From Octopus sinensis (lineage: Eukaryota), in NCBI RefSeq assembly GCF_006345805.1, contig NC_043000.1, positions 90,272,001 to 90,336,000 on the forward strand: 64,000 nt of DNA. Reading direction: 5' to 3'. The notes under the pieces were generated by a model, which did no database searches, was not told the DNA's origin, and was given only the letters and a program-made list of their open reading frames with translations. The first letter of the stretch is position 1. Each line of letters starts with the position of its first letter. Below, in pieces: positions 13,322 through 26,254 of the stretch. Made by a program: the position numbers and the translations under genes.

Positions 13322-16300
13322 CGAATGAGAGAGAGAGAGAGAGTGAGCGATGTGTCTTGGGTGAATCATTACGTCAGTAATAATAATACACGCTCGAAAT
13401 CAATTTCACTTTTTTATTGTTAGTCCATAAAGAAGTGGAATTGAGCCTGTGCGTGTATTATTATTGGCGTAATGATTCTCCTAGGACACAACAAAGTTTG
13501 TTTCAATACACGAATTCATTTCCATAAGCTGAATACTTTAACCACTATGCCAACCTCCTTCATACTAAGATATTGGAGTGGCTTAATGGATTTGGACTTA
13601 ATCATGAGCTAAAGCAAGCTACAACTTAAAGCCCTTTTATTAAAAAAAATTTTGAAGGCTCAGATATATTGTCAAAGGATTAGTGTCAAACTTAAGCATG
13701 CACCAAAACAAACCACAGTTTAAGGCAACTCAATCAGGAGGGGACTCAAAATGCTTTCAAATGTTTTCAGTTTTTATGAAATCTAATGTGATTAAAAAAA
13801 AATTAACGTAGGGATCCCCTAACCTTTCTGCTTACACCATGTGTAAATCAAACACTGACTAGGACAGTGTAATTTTTTTTCCAACATTGCGGTTCATCTT
13901 GTTTCTGAGTTCCAATAATTTTGGGGTTCATTTAACCCTTTAACATTCAGATTATTCTGTCAAGTGTAATGCTTTTCCATTCAAATAGTTTTTAATTAAT
14001 CATGTATAATCTCTTAGCTTTGAAATTTTGATGATGTGATTGTATATTTTTAGAATGGCACTGAAGGATAGGTGTGATAGGCTGGATCTGGCTGGTTGGT
14101 TAGAAAATAAAACAAGTGGTACATGTGGGTTGGATATGGCTGGTTTAAATGCTAAAGGATTAAACTTTTATTTCTCAGGGATTGATATCATTGTTATCAT
14201 TGTCTACTTTCCATGTTGGCATGGGTTGGATGAGTCGTCATAATCTGATTCATTTCTTATTTGGAGCTATTGCTCCTAAAGACGTGCTTGTGTGTGTTAT
14301 TTTGGCTTCATTTCTAGGGGTGGATGCCCTTCCTATTACTAACCGTTTAACAGTGTATACTGGGTGTATTTTCTTGTTGCCCCAATACTAACTTAATAAC
14401 CAATGGTGTGTAGACTGAGAAGGGAATTTGGATAGGGAGCAATAACAGCAGAAATGTCAGAAATGAGTAGTGTTATTGAGACTACTCAATATTCAAATGT
14501 CAAAGAATTTCTCTCAACAGATGGCTATGAAGCTCCTCCACTACTTCTACTCATGATCAAAGATGCACATATTGTCAACCATCAAAGTACAAGCTCAACT
14601 GGTTAAGGTCAAACAACTGACAAGCAAATCTGTAGTATTGAGCAGAATATTTGCTGTAGCCCATCTCTTATACCAAAACAAAGCATGTACATGATAAAAC
14701 ATCCAATCAGTTAAGTTCAAAAGCCATGAGAACTACTACCTGGTACTGCATCAGGGCATTCATGGTTATTATTATTATTTTTTTTTCAAACTCAGGTTTT
14801 GTTGAAACTCCTGGAGTCTTGCATGTGTAGTGGGCTTGCTGTCTGCACCCTACAGTACCATACTCTCTGTTCTTTTCAACTATCTAATACTTTTCTGATT
14901 ATTCTGGCCATGGCAAGGAGGCAAACCTTTTGTAACAGCTTTGTTGAGCACTCTATTCTGCTTTCCTTTATATTCTTCTTGATGCCTTCTAATACTGTCC
15001 TAAGGACCCAACAGTAGTTGACACTATTATTATTATTATTATTATCATTTCTACTAAAGGTACAAGATCTGAAATTTTGGGGGAAGGGAACTAGTCGATT
15101 ACATCGACCCTAGTGTTTCACTAGTACTTAATTTATCAACGCTAAAAGAATGAAAGGCAAAGTCGACCTGGGTGGAATTTGAACTCAAAATGTAAAGACG
15201 AATGAGATGCTGCTAAGCATTTTGCCTGGCATGCTAATGATTCTGCCAGCTTGTTACCTTTATTAATGTGATAATAATGAGTAAATAGCTATGCATTTCT
15301 TCAACAGCCAGATACCTGTCCCTGTATCATACTTTAGCTTCTCAATATTTGATATAAAACCACCTCTCTCAATATCACGTTCCTGTGTAGCCAAAGGGGT
15401 CTTGTCTCATGAGTTACTTGGTAACCTCACTAATGCTGGTACCAATCACAAAAGCACCCAGTACATTCAGTTAAGTGGTTGATATTAGAAGGGGCATTCA
15501 GTCATAAAAAGCTTGTCAAAGTAAACATTGGAGCCCAGTGCAGTACTCTGGCTCATTGCATTCTGTCAAACTATCCAATTCATCCTAGCATGGGTTAAAC
15601 ATTATCCCTTTAGCATTTAAACAGGCCATATCTAACCCAAAGATTCTACCTGTTTTATGTGCAAATCTGTCATATTCAGCCTCTCACACCAACCCTACAA
15701 TATCATTCTAATAATATATTGTAACATCTTCAAAATCTCAAAGCTATGAGATAATAGATGATTAATTAAAAACAATGTGTTTAATTAAACATTACAGTTG
15801 ACAAAGCAATCTGATGCCAAAGGGTTAAATGATAGGATTTATTGAAATATTCGGCACCTTTGTCTGGAAATAATTTCTTTTTAAAAAAAACAAGAAACTG
15901 CTGTTCTTTCCTTCCTCCATCCAAATTGCTATCAATCATTGATTTAAGACTTGTTTGCCAAAATGTGGCAAATTGAAAAATCCTGCTGGTTGATAGAGAA
16001 CAATAATTTCTTTACAGGCAGCAGGGATTATATGCCCTGTAATAATGTGTTGTCAGCTCAGCATAGTATTTCTTCTTGGTGGCCAATGGCTTAAAGTTCA
16101 TTAACAGGGCATATCTTAGAGAACAGCAGTCAGTTAGCTTGGTTTTTCTTTTGGTACATGCTGCAGGTTGCCTGAGTATGCATTTTCTCACAAGAAAGTT
16201 GGCAATTAAAAACACTTGCTGGGGCCCTATCAAGGACGTTGCATCTGATGTTGGGAAAGTTGTTTCCATGATCCTGGGAAGTGGAGTTTTTCATTGTCTG

Positions 16301-19074
16301 TACACCTGAAAAGGGGCATATGTTGGGTGTACCTCTCTGGAAAGTCATTGCCTGTCATATCCATGTAGTGCCTCATGAGGTCATGAGGTGGTGTGGGGAT
16401 GGCACTATAGCCCACACCCTTTGAGAGATAGGGTTCTCTTAATGGGCAGTTGGTCGGATTTATTGTAAACTATTGGTGGAGAGAGTAAAAGAGAGAATGT
16501 GCATGTTTAATTCTGTTGTAGTGTGCAGTGTTGGATTGAAAGATATATTACCTAAGCATGAATAGTTAACCTTGATGTTATAAGAATTAAAAAATTATAT
16601 CTGTGGAAAATGCTGACTAATCGGTTTGCGTACGCACACACACACACTATATATATATAATTTTAATGAATACTTTCCCGTTTTTTTGCATGGTTAAACA
16701 GAATTTACTGGAGCAGATTTTCTACAGCTAAATGCCCTTCCTGTTGCTAACCCTTACCTATTTCTAATCAAGGCAATATTTCCACATGTCTAGCCTATAT
16801 AGAAATATCAGTGAGCCTACCAAGATCATAGAGACTGCTGCCTTTTCCTTCTCTTACTAAATTTCAATGCTAATTCTCAAACCATCAGATTATTTTTTAA
16901 TATTTCCATTTTTTTCTCTCTTTCTTAGATTACACACAATACCTCAACCAAGTTGCAGACACGGTTGTTCAAGGAGGTACTGTAACATTTGTCAGTCAAG
17001 AAGATGGAGTTCCAATTGGTTCAAAACAGACAGCATCTGATTTGTGTCAGGAAATTTCACATACCGTTGTCTTTGGGGAGATTGCCACTAACCATGCAGA
17101 AGTTACCAGTGTCTTCACTCCTTTGTTCTTTGAACAACCTCAACCAGTGCCTTCAGCTAATGAAGTCATTAGTGTCAAGCCTCCTGTTGGAAAAGTAAGT
17201 CTCATGTTATGTAAACTAAACTACACATTCTATCTCTGTTTCTCTCACACACTTGATTTTGCTTTTCTTCCCTCTTATTCCCTGCCTTTCTTTTTCTATC
17301 TTGCTCTCCCTCTCTCTTGTTTTTTTTTTTTGCCATCTTTCTCTTACTCCTTCATCATCATCATCATTGTCATTTAACGTCCATTTATCTTTACTTTCAT
17401 GAGTCAGGTGGAATTTGTTGAAGCAGGTTTTCTATTACTGGATGCCCTTCCTATTGCCATCCTTTACCTGTTTCCAAGCAATATTTTTTTCTTAGCTAAC
17501 ATGTTTTTCATGAAAGACTGGAAACAAATAACCTTGCTTGTATGACAGTTATGCTTATTTACAATCATTACGTAATGTCTCAACATAGTACACTCAAACA
17601 CAAGCACACACACACAAACACACAAACTCACACACTCATACACACACAACAGGCTTCTTTCAGTTTCCAAATACAAAATACATTCACAAAGCTATGGTCA
17701 GCCTGGGGCTGTAGTAGAAGATGCTTGCCCAAGGTGTTACAAAGTGAGACCACTAACAGAATTGTCAGCATGCTGGCCTAAATATTTAAGGGTATTTCTT
17801 TCAGCTTTGTGTTCTGAGCTCAAATTCAGCGAAGGTCAATTTTGCCTTTCATTCTTTTAGGGTCAATAAAATAACGTATCAATGGAGCACTGGAATTGAT
17901 GCATTGATTTCTCCACTATCCTCCAAATTGCTGGCCTGGTGCCAAAATTTGAAATCATTGACTGAGTTTATTTTTTTCCCCCCTTTCATTTTTCTTATTT
18001 TTGATCTCTCTTTATCTTCTATTCCAGGGTCCCTATCAATGTAAAAGCTGTGATAAAAACTTTCCCAAATGGAATCAGTTACAGCGTCATAGCAAGACGC
18101 ATAAAGAAGACAAGCCATATCGTTGCACACACTGTACCGATTCCTTTAATGTTGAAGACAATTTAAAGCTTCACATGGCCACACATCCACAGAATGATGA
18201 CCGGCAGCCAACGTGTCCTGAATGTGGTATAACGTTTACTCGGATTGCTAGCTTCAAAGCTCATATCATGCTGCATGTAAAAGAAGAAAGCCTCATGTGT
18301 ACAGAATGTGGAGATGAGTTCAGTCTTCAGGTGAACTATTACTATTATTATTCTTTATTATTATTATTCTTGTTGTTAAGGTGGTGAGTTGGTACAACTG
18401 TTAGCAGATTGAGCAAAATGTTTAGTGGCATTTCATCCATCTTTATGGCCTGAGTTCAGATTCTACCAAGGCTGACTTTACCTTTCATCCTTTCGAGGTC
18501 GATGAAATAAGTACCAGTTGAGCACTGGGGTCGATGTAATTGACCTACTCCTACCCTGAAATTGCTGGCCTTGTACTAAAATTTGAAACCATTGTTGTTG
18601 TTTGTTTTTGTTTGTTGTTATTGGCATGACAGTGCAATGTGGGGATATTACCTGTTTGAGACAAGCTTTTCAGGCATGGAAACACCAACAGATGAATGTG
18701 TCTGACTTGTATCCAAAGGCATAGAACCATACTGCATGTAGTTGTTCAGTGTCCATGCATTAGTGACTTTGATCTTGTGTCAGCAACTGTTGTCTCATGT
18801 AAGATGAATCCAGCCATCTGCTGAGTGTATAGTGAAAATCAACTCACCACCTTCCTTTGGCAGGGAAGGGTGGGCTTAATCTTTCTCTGCTTGGTGACTA
18901 TAACATTCCTCTCAAAACTAGTGGGTTTGTGCCATAAGAATAATTGTAATCCTTTCTACTATAGGCACAAAGTCTGAAAATTTTGGGAAGGAGCTTGACC
19001 TCAGGAGAATTTGAACTCAGAATGCAGATACCTCCTCCCCTCAAATTTCAGGCCTTTTGCCTATAGTAGAAAGG

Positions 19075-19122
<48 letters not shown>

Positions 19123-21751
19123 GTAATATGGTGGTGAGCTGGCAGGATTGGTATAATGTGTTGGAAAAAATGCCTTGTTGTATTTCTTCCAACTCTCTAC
19201 ATTCTGAGTTCAAATTTCATCAAGTTTTACTTTGCCTTTCATCTCTCTGGGGTTGATAAAATAAAGTACAAGTCAAGTACAGGAGTGGAGGTGTGTGTCA
19301 ATGATATTGACTAATCTGCTTTCCCTCAAATTTGCTGGCCTTGTGCTCAAATCAGAACAATCTACTTCTTCTCTTCCCCTTCCTCCTCTCCTGTTTTGAC
19401 TCCTCCTCCCATTTCCCTCCTTCCATTCCCTTCTTCCCATTCCCCTCCTCCCTTCCCCTTTTCACCCCCATCTCATCCCCTTCTCACCCCTCTTCTCCCC
19501 TTCTCACTCCCTTCTCGCCCCTCTTCTCATCCCTCCCCTCTCCCCTTCTCACTCCCTTCCCACCCTCCTTCCCCTCATCCTTCTCATCCCTACCCCCCTC
19601 CCTACCCCCCTCCCTACCCCCCGCCCTACCCCCGCCCTGCCCCATCCTCTCCTCCTTCTCTTCTTCCTCTGCCTCCTTCTCACTGCCATTGCATATCTTG
19701 TTCCTAGTCATTACTTTATTCAAACCTTGATTCTAAGTTGTTTTCAAATGAGTCACAGTATACGGCTTTGAAACTGAGCCCTTTGAATACCTTGTCACTT
19801 AAATTTAACCTAAATTTAAAAATTTCTTCTTTGTCCATTTTCTTCATCATCTCAGAGTCACTTGGACAAACATATGAAAGAACACAGAGAAGAACATGGT
19901 AACAACCGTTCGTACACCTGTCGACAATGTTCACAAGAATTCGGCAAAATCACTTTACTACGGGAACACATGAAACAACACTATCGCATCAAGTAAGAGA
20001 ATCATTACACCAGTTGCATTTCTTGTGCCACCAGCCAAACCAAATGTCTTTATCTTCTGTCATTTACCTGTTTCAGTCATTGGACTGTGGTCGTGCTGGG
20101 GCACTGCCTTGAAGGGTTTTATAGTCTAACAAATCAACCCTAGTATTTGTTTTTTTTTAAGACCTGTACATATTCTGTTTGGCTGCTTTTGTGAAACTGC
20201 TATGTCACAGGGACATAAACAAACCAACACTGGTTGTCAGGTGGTGGTAGTGGGAGACATGTACAGCAGAAACTGTAAAAAGTCCACCATATATATAAAA
20301 AAGTCCACCACGCCAGTGCTTACCTGTTTCAAAGTAAGGTAGTATTTCCTCATGACCAGACATGTTTTTGTGGAAGATTTGAAATAAAGAACATTGCTAT
20401 TCATTTGCAACTATCATGCAAAGTCAAGAGAAGGGGAGAGTAACACACATCATACATATGACAAGCTTCTTTCAGTTTGTCTTTAGCCAATCCATTCGCA
20501 AGGCCTTTTTTAGCATGGGACTATAATAAAAGACACTTGCCTAAAGTACCACATAGTGGGACTGAACTGGAACATGTGTGGTTGGGAAGCAAATTTCTTA
20601 ACTATAAAACCATGCTTGCACCTACTACCTTAGTTAAAAAAAAAAGACATGTATAATTTACTGCTGGAGATATAAGAAGATGGGTGGTCATGGTTAGAAT
20701 GTCTGCTTAATGAGGGCTATACTAGAGCTAAACATCACCACCATTAATTTACAGAAGAAATTACATCTAGCTAGCTTAATCTGGACTATAAAGTTCTGTG
20801 TTGGTCAGAGACATGGCAAAGTGCAGGTTTAAGTGTGTGAATCTCTAATGTCTCAGCTGGCTGTGTGTTACTCTGCAGCTTTGACCAATTGTACTGGTCA
20901 TACACTTAGCTATTTCAAAGGGGCAGAGGCTGTTGTAGTAGTGGTAAATGCAAACAGAGGGAAGACATTGCTTGTCAAGTGGGGCAATGTTCTGAAATTA
21001 CACATTTTCATAAAGGATTACATAAATCTTTTTGGTCCCTGAATACAGTGCAGAAATAACATGATACCTCAGCTGGTAATTTTGTCAGAAGTTGACTTAA
21101 CCAGCTGTGATTCTCAAAAGATAACAAAATAACATTTGTAACTAATTTGATATCTGGAATATCCCCGACGACATGTATTCACATTGTATTGTGCAGGCCT
21201 GTGTATAAATTCAAGCTCAGTATTGCAGGCTGATAAAGCACTAGTTGATTTTAAGGGCTTTCTTGCTACTTAGGACCATTAACTGTCTACATTGTCAGAC
21301 TTTTTATCTCTTTTGATATTCTATCAATAAATTCTGTTTTGTAGATCTTCACTTTCTCATCGCTCATACAAACGCAACATCGATAGGTCCACTTTCCACC
21401 ATAAATGTGATCATTGTGGCAAATCTTTTCAGAAGCCAAGTCAAGTAGAACGACATATTCGTATTCACACAGGTAAGTTACTTGATATCAAAAATAGCTG
21501 TTACTTTTACTTTTGGACAAAGAATTTGGGATGTAAAATTATTTCTTTGTAGTATAGCAAATTCTAAAAAGATACAAACTCAAATAACAAAAAAGTCTTT
21601 CAATAAACATTTTGTTTTGGAAAGAACATAGGTGAAGAGATGCATTGTTTTCATTTTGATGTACTCCGTGAACATCAAGATGAAAACAAGAAAATAGAGC
21701 TGCTAATTTTTGTTCTGATAATTTCTTGTTTCACACTCCAAACACTGGATG

Positions 21752-21785
<34 letters not shown>

Positions 21786-23334
21786 GTTTGAATGTGTGGA
21801 TGGATGATGGATTAAGGAGAAATGAATGTTGGTATTTCGTTTTTGGATTTGGTTTGCAAGATTCTTTATGTGAGTTTGTGTGTTGAAGCATATTCTGTTG
21901 TGTCTGGGGAGAGTCATTTTTGTGCCTCATAATTTAACACACTCACTGGTAAAATTTCCACTTATTTCTTATTTTTATTTTCCTAACATTTCTCCATCTC
22001 CTTATCTTCACTTACCACCACTATTCAACTTTGTGCTGTATTTTGTTGTCATGAGGTTTATTAGTACATTATGAACTTCTGAAAGTGAACATGTTATTAC
22101 CTACACTGAATTATACCACTGAAGTCAGTAGATGCAACAAAAATTTTAGGAAAATAAAAATAAGAAATTTTACTGGTGAGTGTGTTAAATTATAAGGGAA
22201 AGGTGTGGGTGAGTGACAAAAGAAAGAAAAAACAAACACTAAGGTTCTCCTGACTTGATATAGTGTGCATTAGTAAAAACTGAATTAGCACTCACTGAGA
22301 GTGTGATCTGATTACATTTGAATCTTTGCCAATGTCAAAAGATAACACTGTTTTTACTAAATTTGTCAAAAGTGAAAGTCCACTGAATGAGGGACATGTG
22401 TGAGTGGGTTGCCAGTAGGTGTGGTTTTATGGAAGAGCACAGGTTGTCATTAAAAAGGGAGAAATGTTTACTGAAGGTTGGCTGTCAAAGTGGGTTCTTT
22501 TCTTTGGAATGGGAGGCATAATAACATGTTTCTAAAGATTGGGTTATATCCAGAGAGAGAGAGAGAGAGAGAGAGAAGTTATTGAAGACAAAAGCTTGCT
22601 GTGTAACACACTGAGAGTAATCAAAGGGATACTGTTGGGACTGGTGACCTTATTTGTTTGAAGCAACTGAAATTGCTTTCAGATTTGACAAATACATGTA
22701 CCTGGTGGAATGGAAAGTGAGGTTTTGAGGTTTACTTAATGTGTGTCATGCAAAGTTGGGTACAAGCTGAGCATTAAATGTTGAAGCTTTCTCTGTAAGA
22801 GTACTGCAGAAATGGAATGAAAGGAGCTGCATGTGTGTATGTACAGGTGTTGTAAATATATGTTTTAGCTTCTAATATTAGGTTGTCCCAAAAGTTCGTA
22901 AACACTTGCGATAATTGAATTTTTACTCGCCAAGTACTAACAAAAACAACAAAAATTATTCCTCAAAATAACGACCATTATTTTCCAAGACTTTCTACGA
23001 ACTTTTGGGACAACCTTATATATGGATCTCTTGCTTTACAAGTGATGTAAACTAAGTATTTACTCATTTACAGGTGAACGACCGTTCAGATGTTCAATGT
23101 GTGATAAATCTTTCAATCAGAAAGGTGCACTTCAAATTCACATGACCAAGCACACTGGGGAAAGACCTCATACCTGTGAATTTTGTTCAGCAACTTTTTC
23201 TCAGAAAGGAAATTTGCGAGCTCACATACAGGTGAGATGAAATGTTCTGTTAAGAAGAAAAGGCCTTATAATTGCTTCTTTTGAGACTTTGTAGATTTAC
23301 TACCAGTTTTGATCAAACTAGTTCTGCTGTCAGA

Positions 23335-23376
<42 letters not shown>

Positions 23377-26036
23377 AGAGCACAAGCATGACTTTGGAAT
23401 CACGTGGTTAGGGGTTCACTCCTATTCCATGGATGTTGTCAGCTTAGCGTCTTATAGCTGTGAGTTGACCATTACCTTGTGAGCAAAATTGATAAATGGA
23501 AATTGAAGAAATCTGTTCTGTGTGTGTGTGTATGTATATATATATATGTATACACATACACACATGAATGTATATATGCATGCATGTACTTGTGTCTGTG
23601 CATTTGACTTTGTATTTCTCCTCATCTTCACATGTGTTTGCTGTTTGTAAAAAAAAAAAGCATCAATGATCATACATATGATGTTGTTTGTTTGCAGTCC
23701 ATTGCATAAGCATGTCCAGGCTTATTGATTTGTCTCAACATGTTAATTGATCATTCTAAATGAAAGGTGCATTCAAAAAGTGTTGTTTGTTTTCAGTTCT
23801 CTTTATAACTATATCCAGGGCTGTTTAATAGAGAGGTGACAGTTGGCATCAAAAGAGCATTTGGCTGTTGAAAATTCTGCCCCAACATTGTCTTGTCTGA
23901 CCCATGCAAGCATAGAAAAATAAATGTTAAAACAACAATTAGGATGATGATAATATGTGTGTGTGTGGTTGTGTGGACGTGTGTGAATGTTTGTCACTCC
24001 TTGTCTTAATATCGTGATAGTTGTATATAAGGATTATTGTCTTGCAAGCAATATTATTCATTTCCATTCTTTCACAAAAATATGTCCAGCCATGGGAAAA
24101 TATTCCCTTACATAGAAGGTAAAGGTTGACAACAATGATGGCTTCAGAGAATTCCATCTGATCCATGCAAGCGTAGAAAAGTGGACATTGGAACAATAAT
24201 GATGATATAGTGGTTAGGGTATTGCACTCGCAGTTATAAGATCATAATTTCAATTTCTGAATTGGCAGTGCATTGTGTTCTTGAACAAAACACTTCATTT
24301 TGCTTTGCTGTGTGATCACTTTTACATCTGACATATGGCACACCATGCACCTGTACAGGCAATGTTGATTTGATGGAGGGAGTGAGCAGATGTTCAGCAC
24401 AAACATTTGATCACTATCATCATCATCATCACCATTGTTTAACATCTGTTTTCCATGCTAGCATGGGTTGGATGGTTCGACCGGAGTCTGGGAAGCCAGG
24501 AGGTTGCACCAGGCTCCAGTCTGATCTGGCAGTGTTTCTACAGCTGGATGCCCTTCCTAACGCCAACCACTCTGTGAGTGTAGTGGGTGCTTTTTACATG
24601 CCCCTGGCACCTGTGCCAGTGGCATGTAAAAAGCACCCACTACACTCACAGAGTGGCTGGCAACGGCCACGATCGGTTGGTGCTATTTACGTGCCACCGG
24701 CATGGAAGCCAGTCAAGGCAGTGTTGGCATCGGCCATGTTCGGATGGTGCTTTTTACGTGCCACCGGCACAGGTATCACAACTACAATTTCTATTTGATT
24801 TTTTGATGTTGATGTTGATGTTGATAAATAAAATATTCTGTGCAGGTTGTTCAGCAAGAATTTGCAGAACATTTATCTGTCTTATACAATAGCAGAGTCC
24901 ACAATATATATGAAATATTACTGCAAGCTGGAACTTCACAACTTATTCTGAATTTCTTTACTTGTTGCTAATCTTCTAATGATAAATTGTCTGAAGAGCA
25001 GAACCAAGAAAATCAGATTATCAATTCGAGACTGAATCTGTTCCATTTATCATGGAATCTCTTTCTATGTTTTTTTTTTTTGAGATACATGCTAATGCTC
25101 TCAGTGCTGGTGCCATAAAAATACTCAGCACACTCTGCAAGTGAATGGTAAATTGAATTAATCAGTGACAATGCAAGACTTGAGAGGGCTCTTTAGTCTT
25201 CTTGATGGCAAGGCAACCACTATTGTGCTGATACTGTGAAAAATGCACTCAGTATATTCTATACAGTAGTTGGTGTTAGGCAGAGCATATAGTCTTAGAA
25301 ACCATGCTAAACTTGAGAAATTGGAGTCAGACATGGTCCTCTGACCTCCAACAAGTCAGAGGACACTTATTGCAGCGGTTGTTCACACACTTATTGTAGT
25401 GGTCCTTCAGTTTTTCTAAGTCCTGTAAAAGAATCCATAAAGTTGAGCCTTTTGCAATACCCTTAAAGCCAGGAACTTTTAGCACTCCCTCATATGACCT
25501 TTTGATGAACAATCCAACCCATGACAGCATGAGAAACAAACTAAATGATAATAATAATGATGATGATGATATATATTTTCAATTTCTTTCAGCGTGTCCA
25601 TTCTTTGTCTAAAGATTCCGACAGTCCTAATTTCCAGTGTGAAGAATGTAGTTGTGTCTTCCGTAAACTTGGTAGTTTAAATGCTCATATAAGTCGTTCT
25701 CATTCTGAAACGGTAAGCTATAATTCTTCTTTTCTCTTGTAGTTAAAAGCACTACTTACCTATTGGTAGGCTCTTCAATCTCTATCAATTACAAAATTGC
25801 AAGATTTTCTAGCCTTTGATAACCACAATTTGTGGGATCAATTGAAAAATATTGATTTCTAACATAGACACAAGGCTACAAATTTTAGGAGAGGCATGGC
25901 TGTGTGGTTAAGATGTTTACTTTCCAACCTCATAGTTTCAAGTTCAGTCCTACTATATAGAACCTTGCCTAAGGGACTTTTGCTATAGCTTCATGTCAAC
26001 CAAGCTTCATGCATTGATGCAGTAAACCAAAAGAAA

Positions 26037-26070
<34 letters not shown>

Positions 26071-26217
26071 GTATGTACACACACACACACACAAGTGGGT
26101 ATTGAAAAAATTCCTGTTTTTCTAAGTCCTGTAAAAGAATCCATGAGCCTTTTGTGATACCCTTAAAGCCAGGAACTTTTCAGCACTCCATCATATATAT
26201 ATATATATATATATACT

Positions 26218-26254
<37 letters not shown>

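Noticed and set aside
20640-21300. Higher-complexity intronic stretch as a hidden exon or nested gene
   Set aside because: Exons 4 and 5 already join in phase; no convincing splice pair or motif; probably an old transposon relic.
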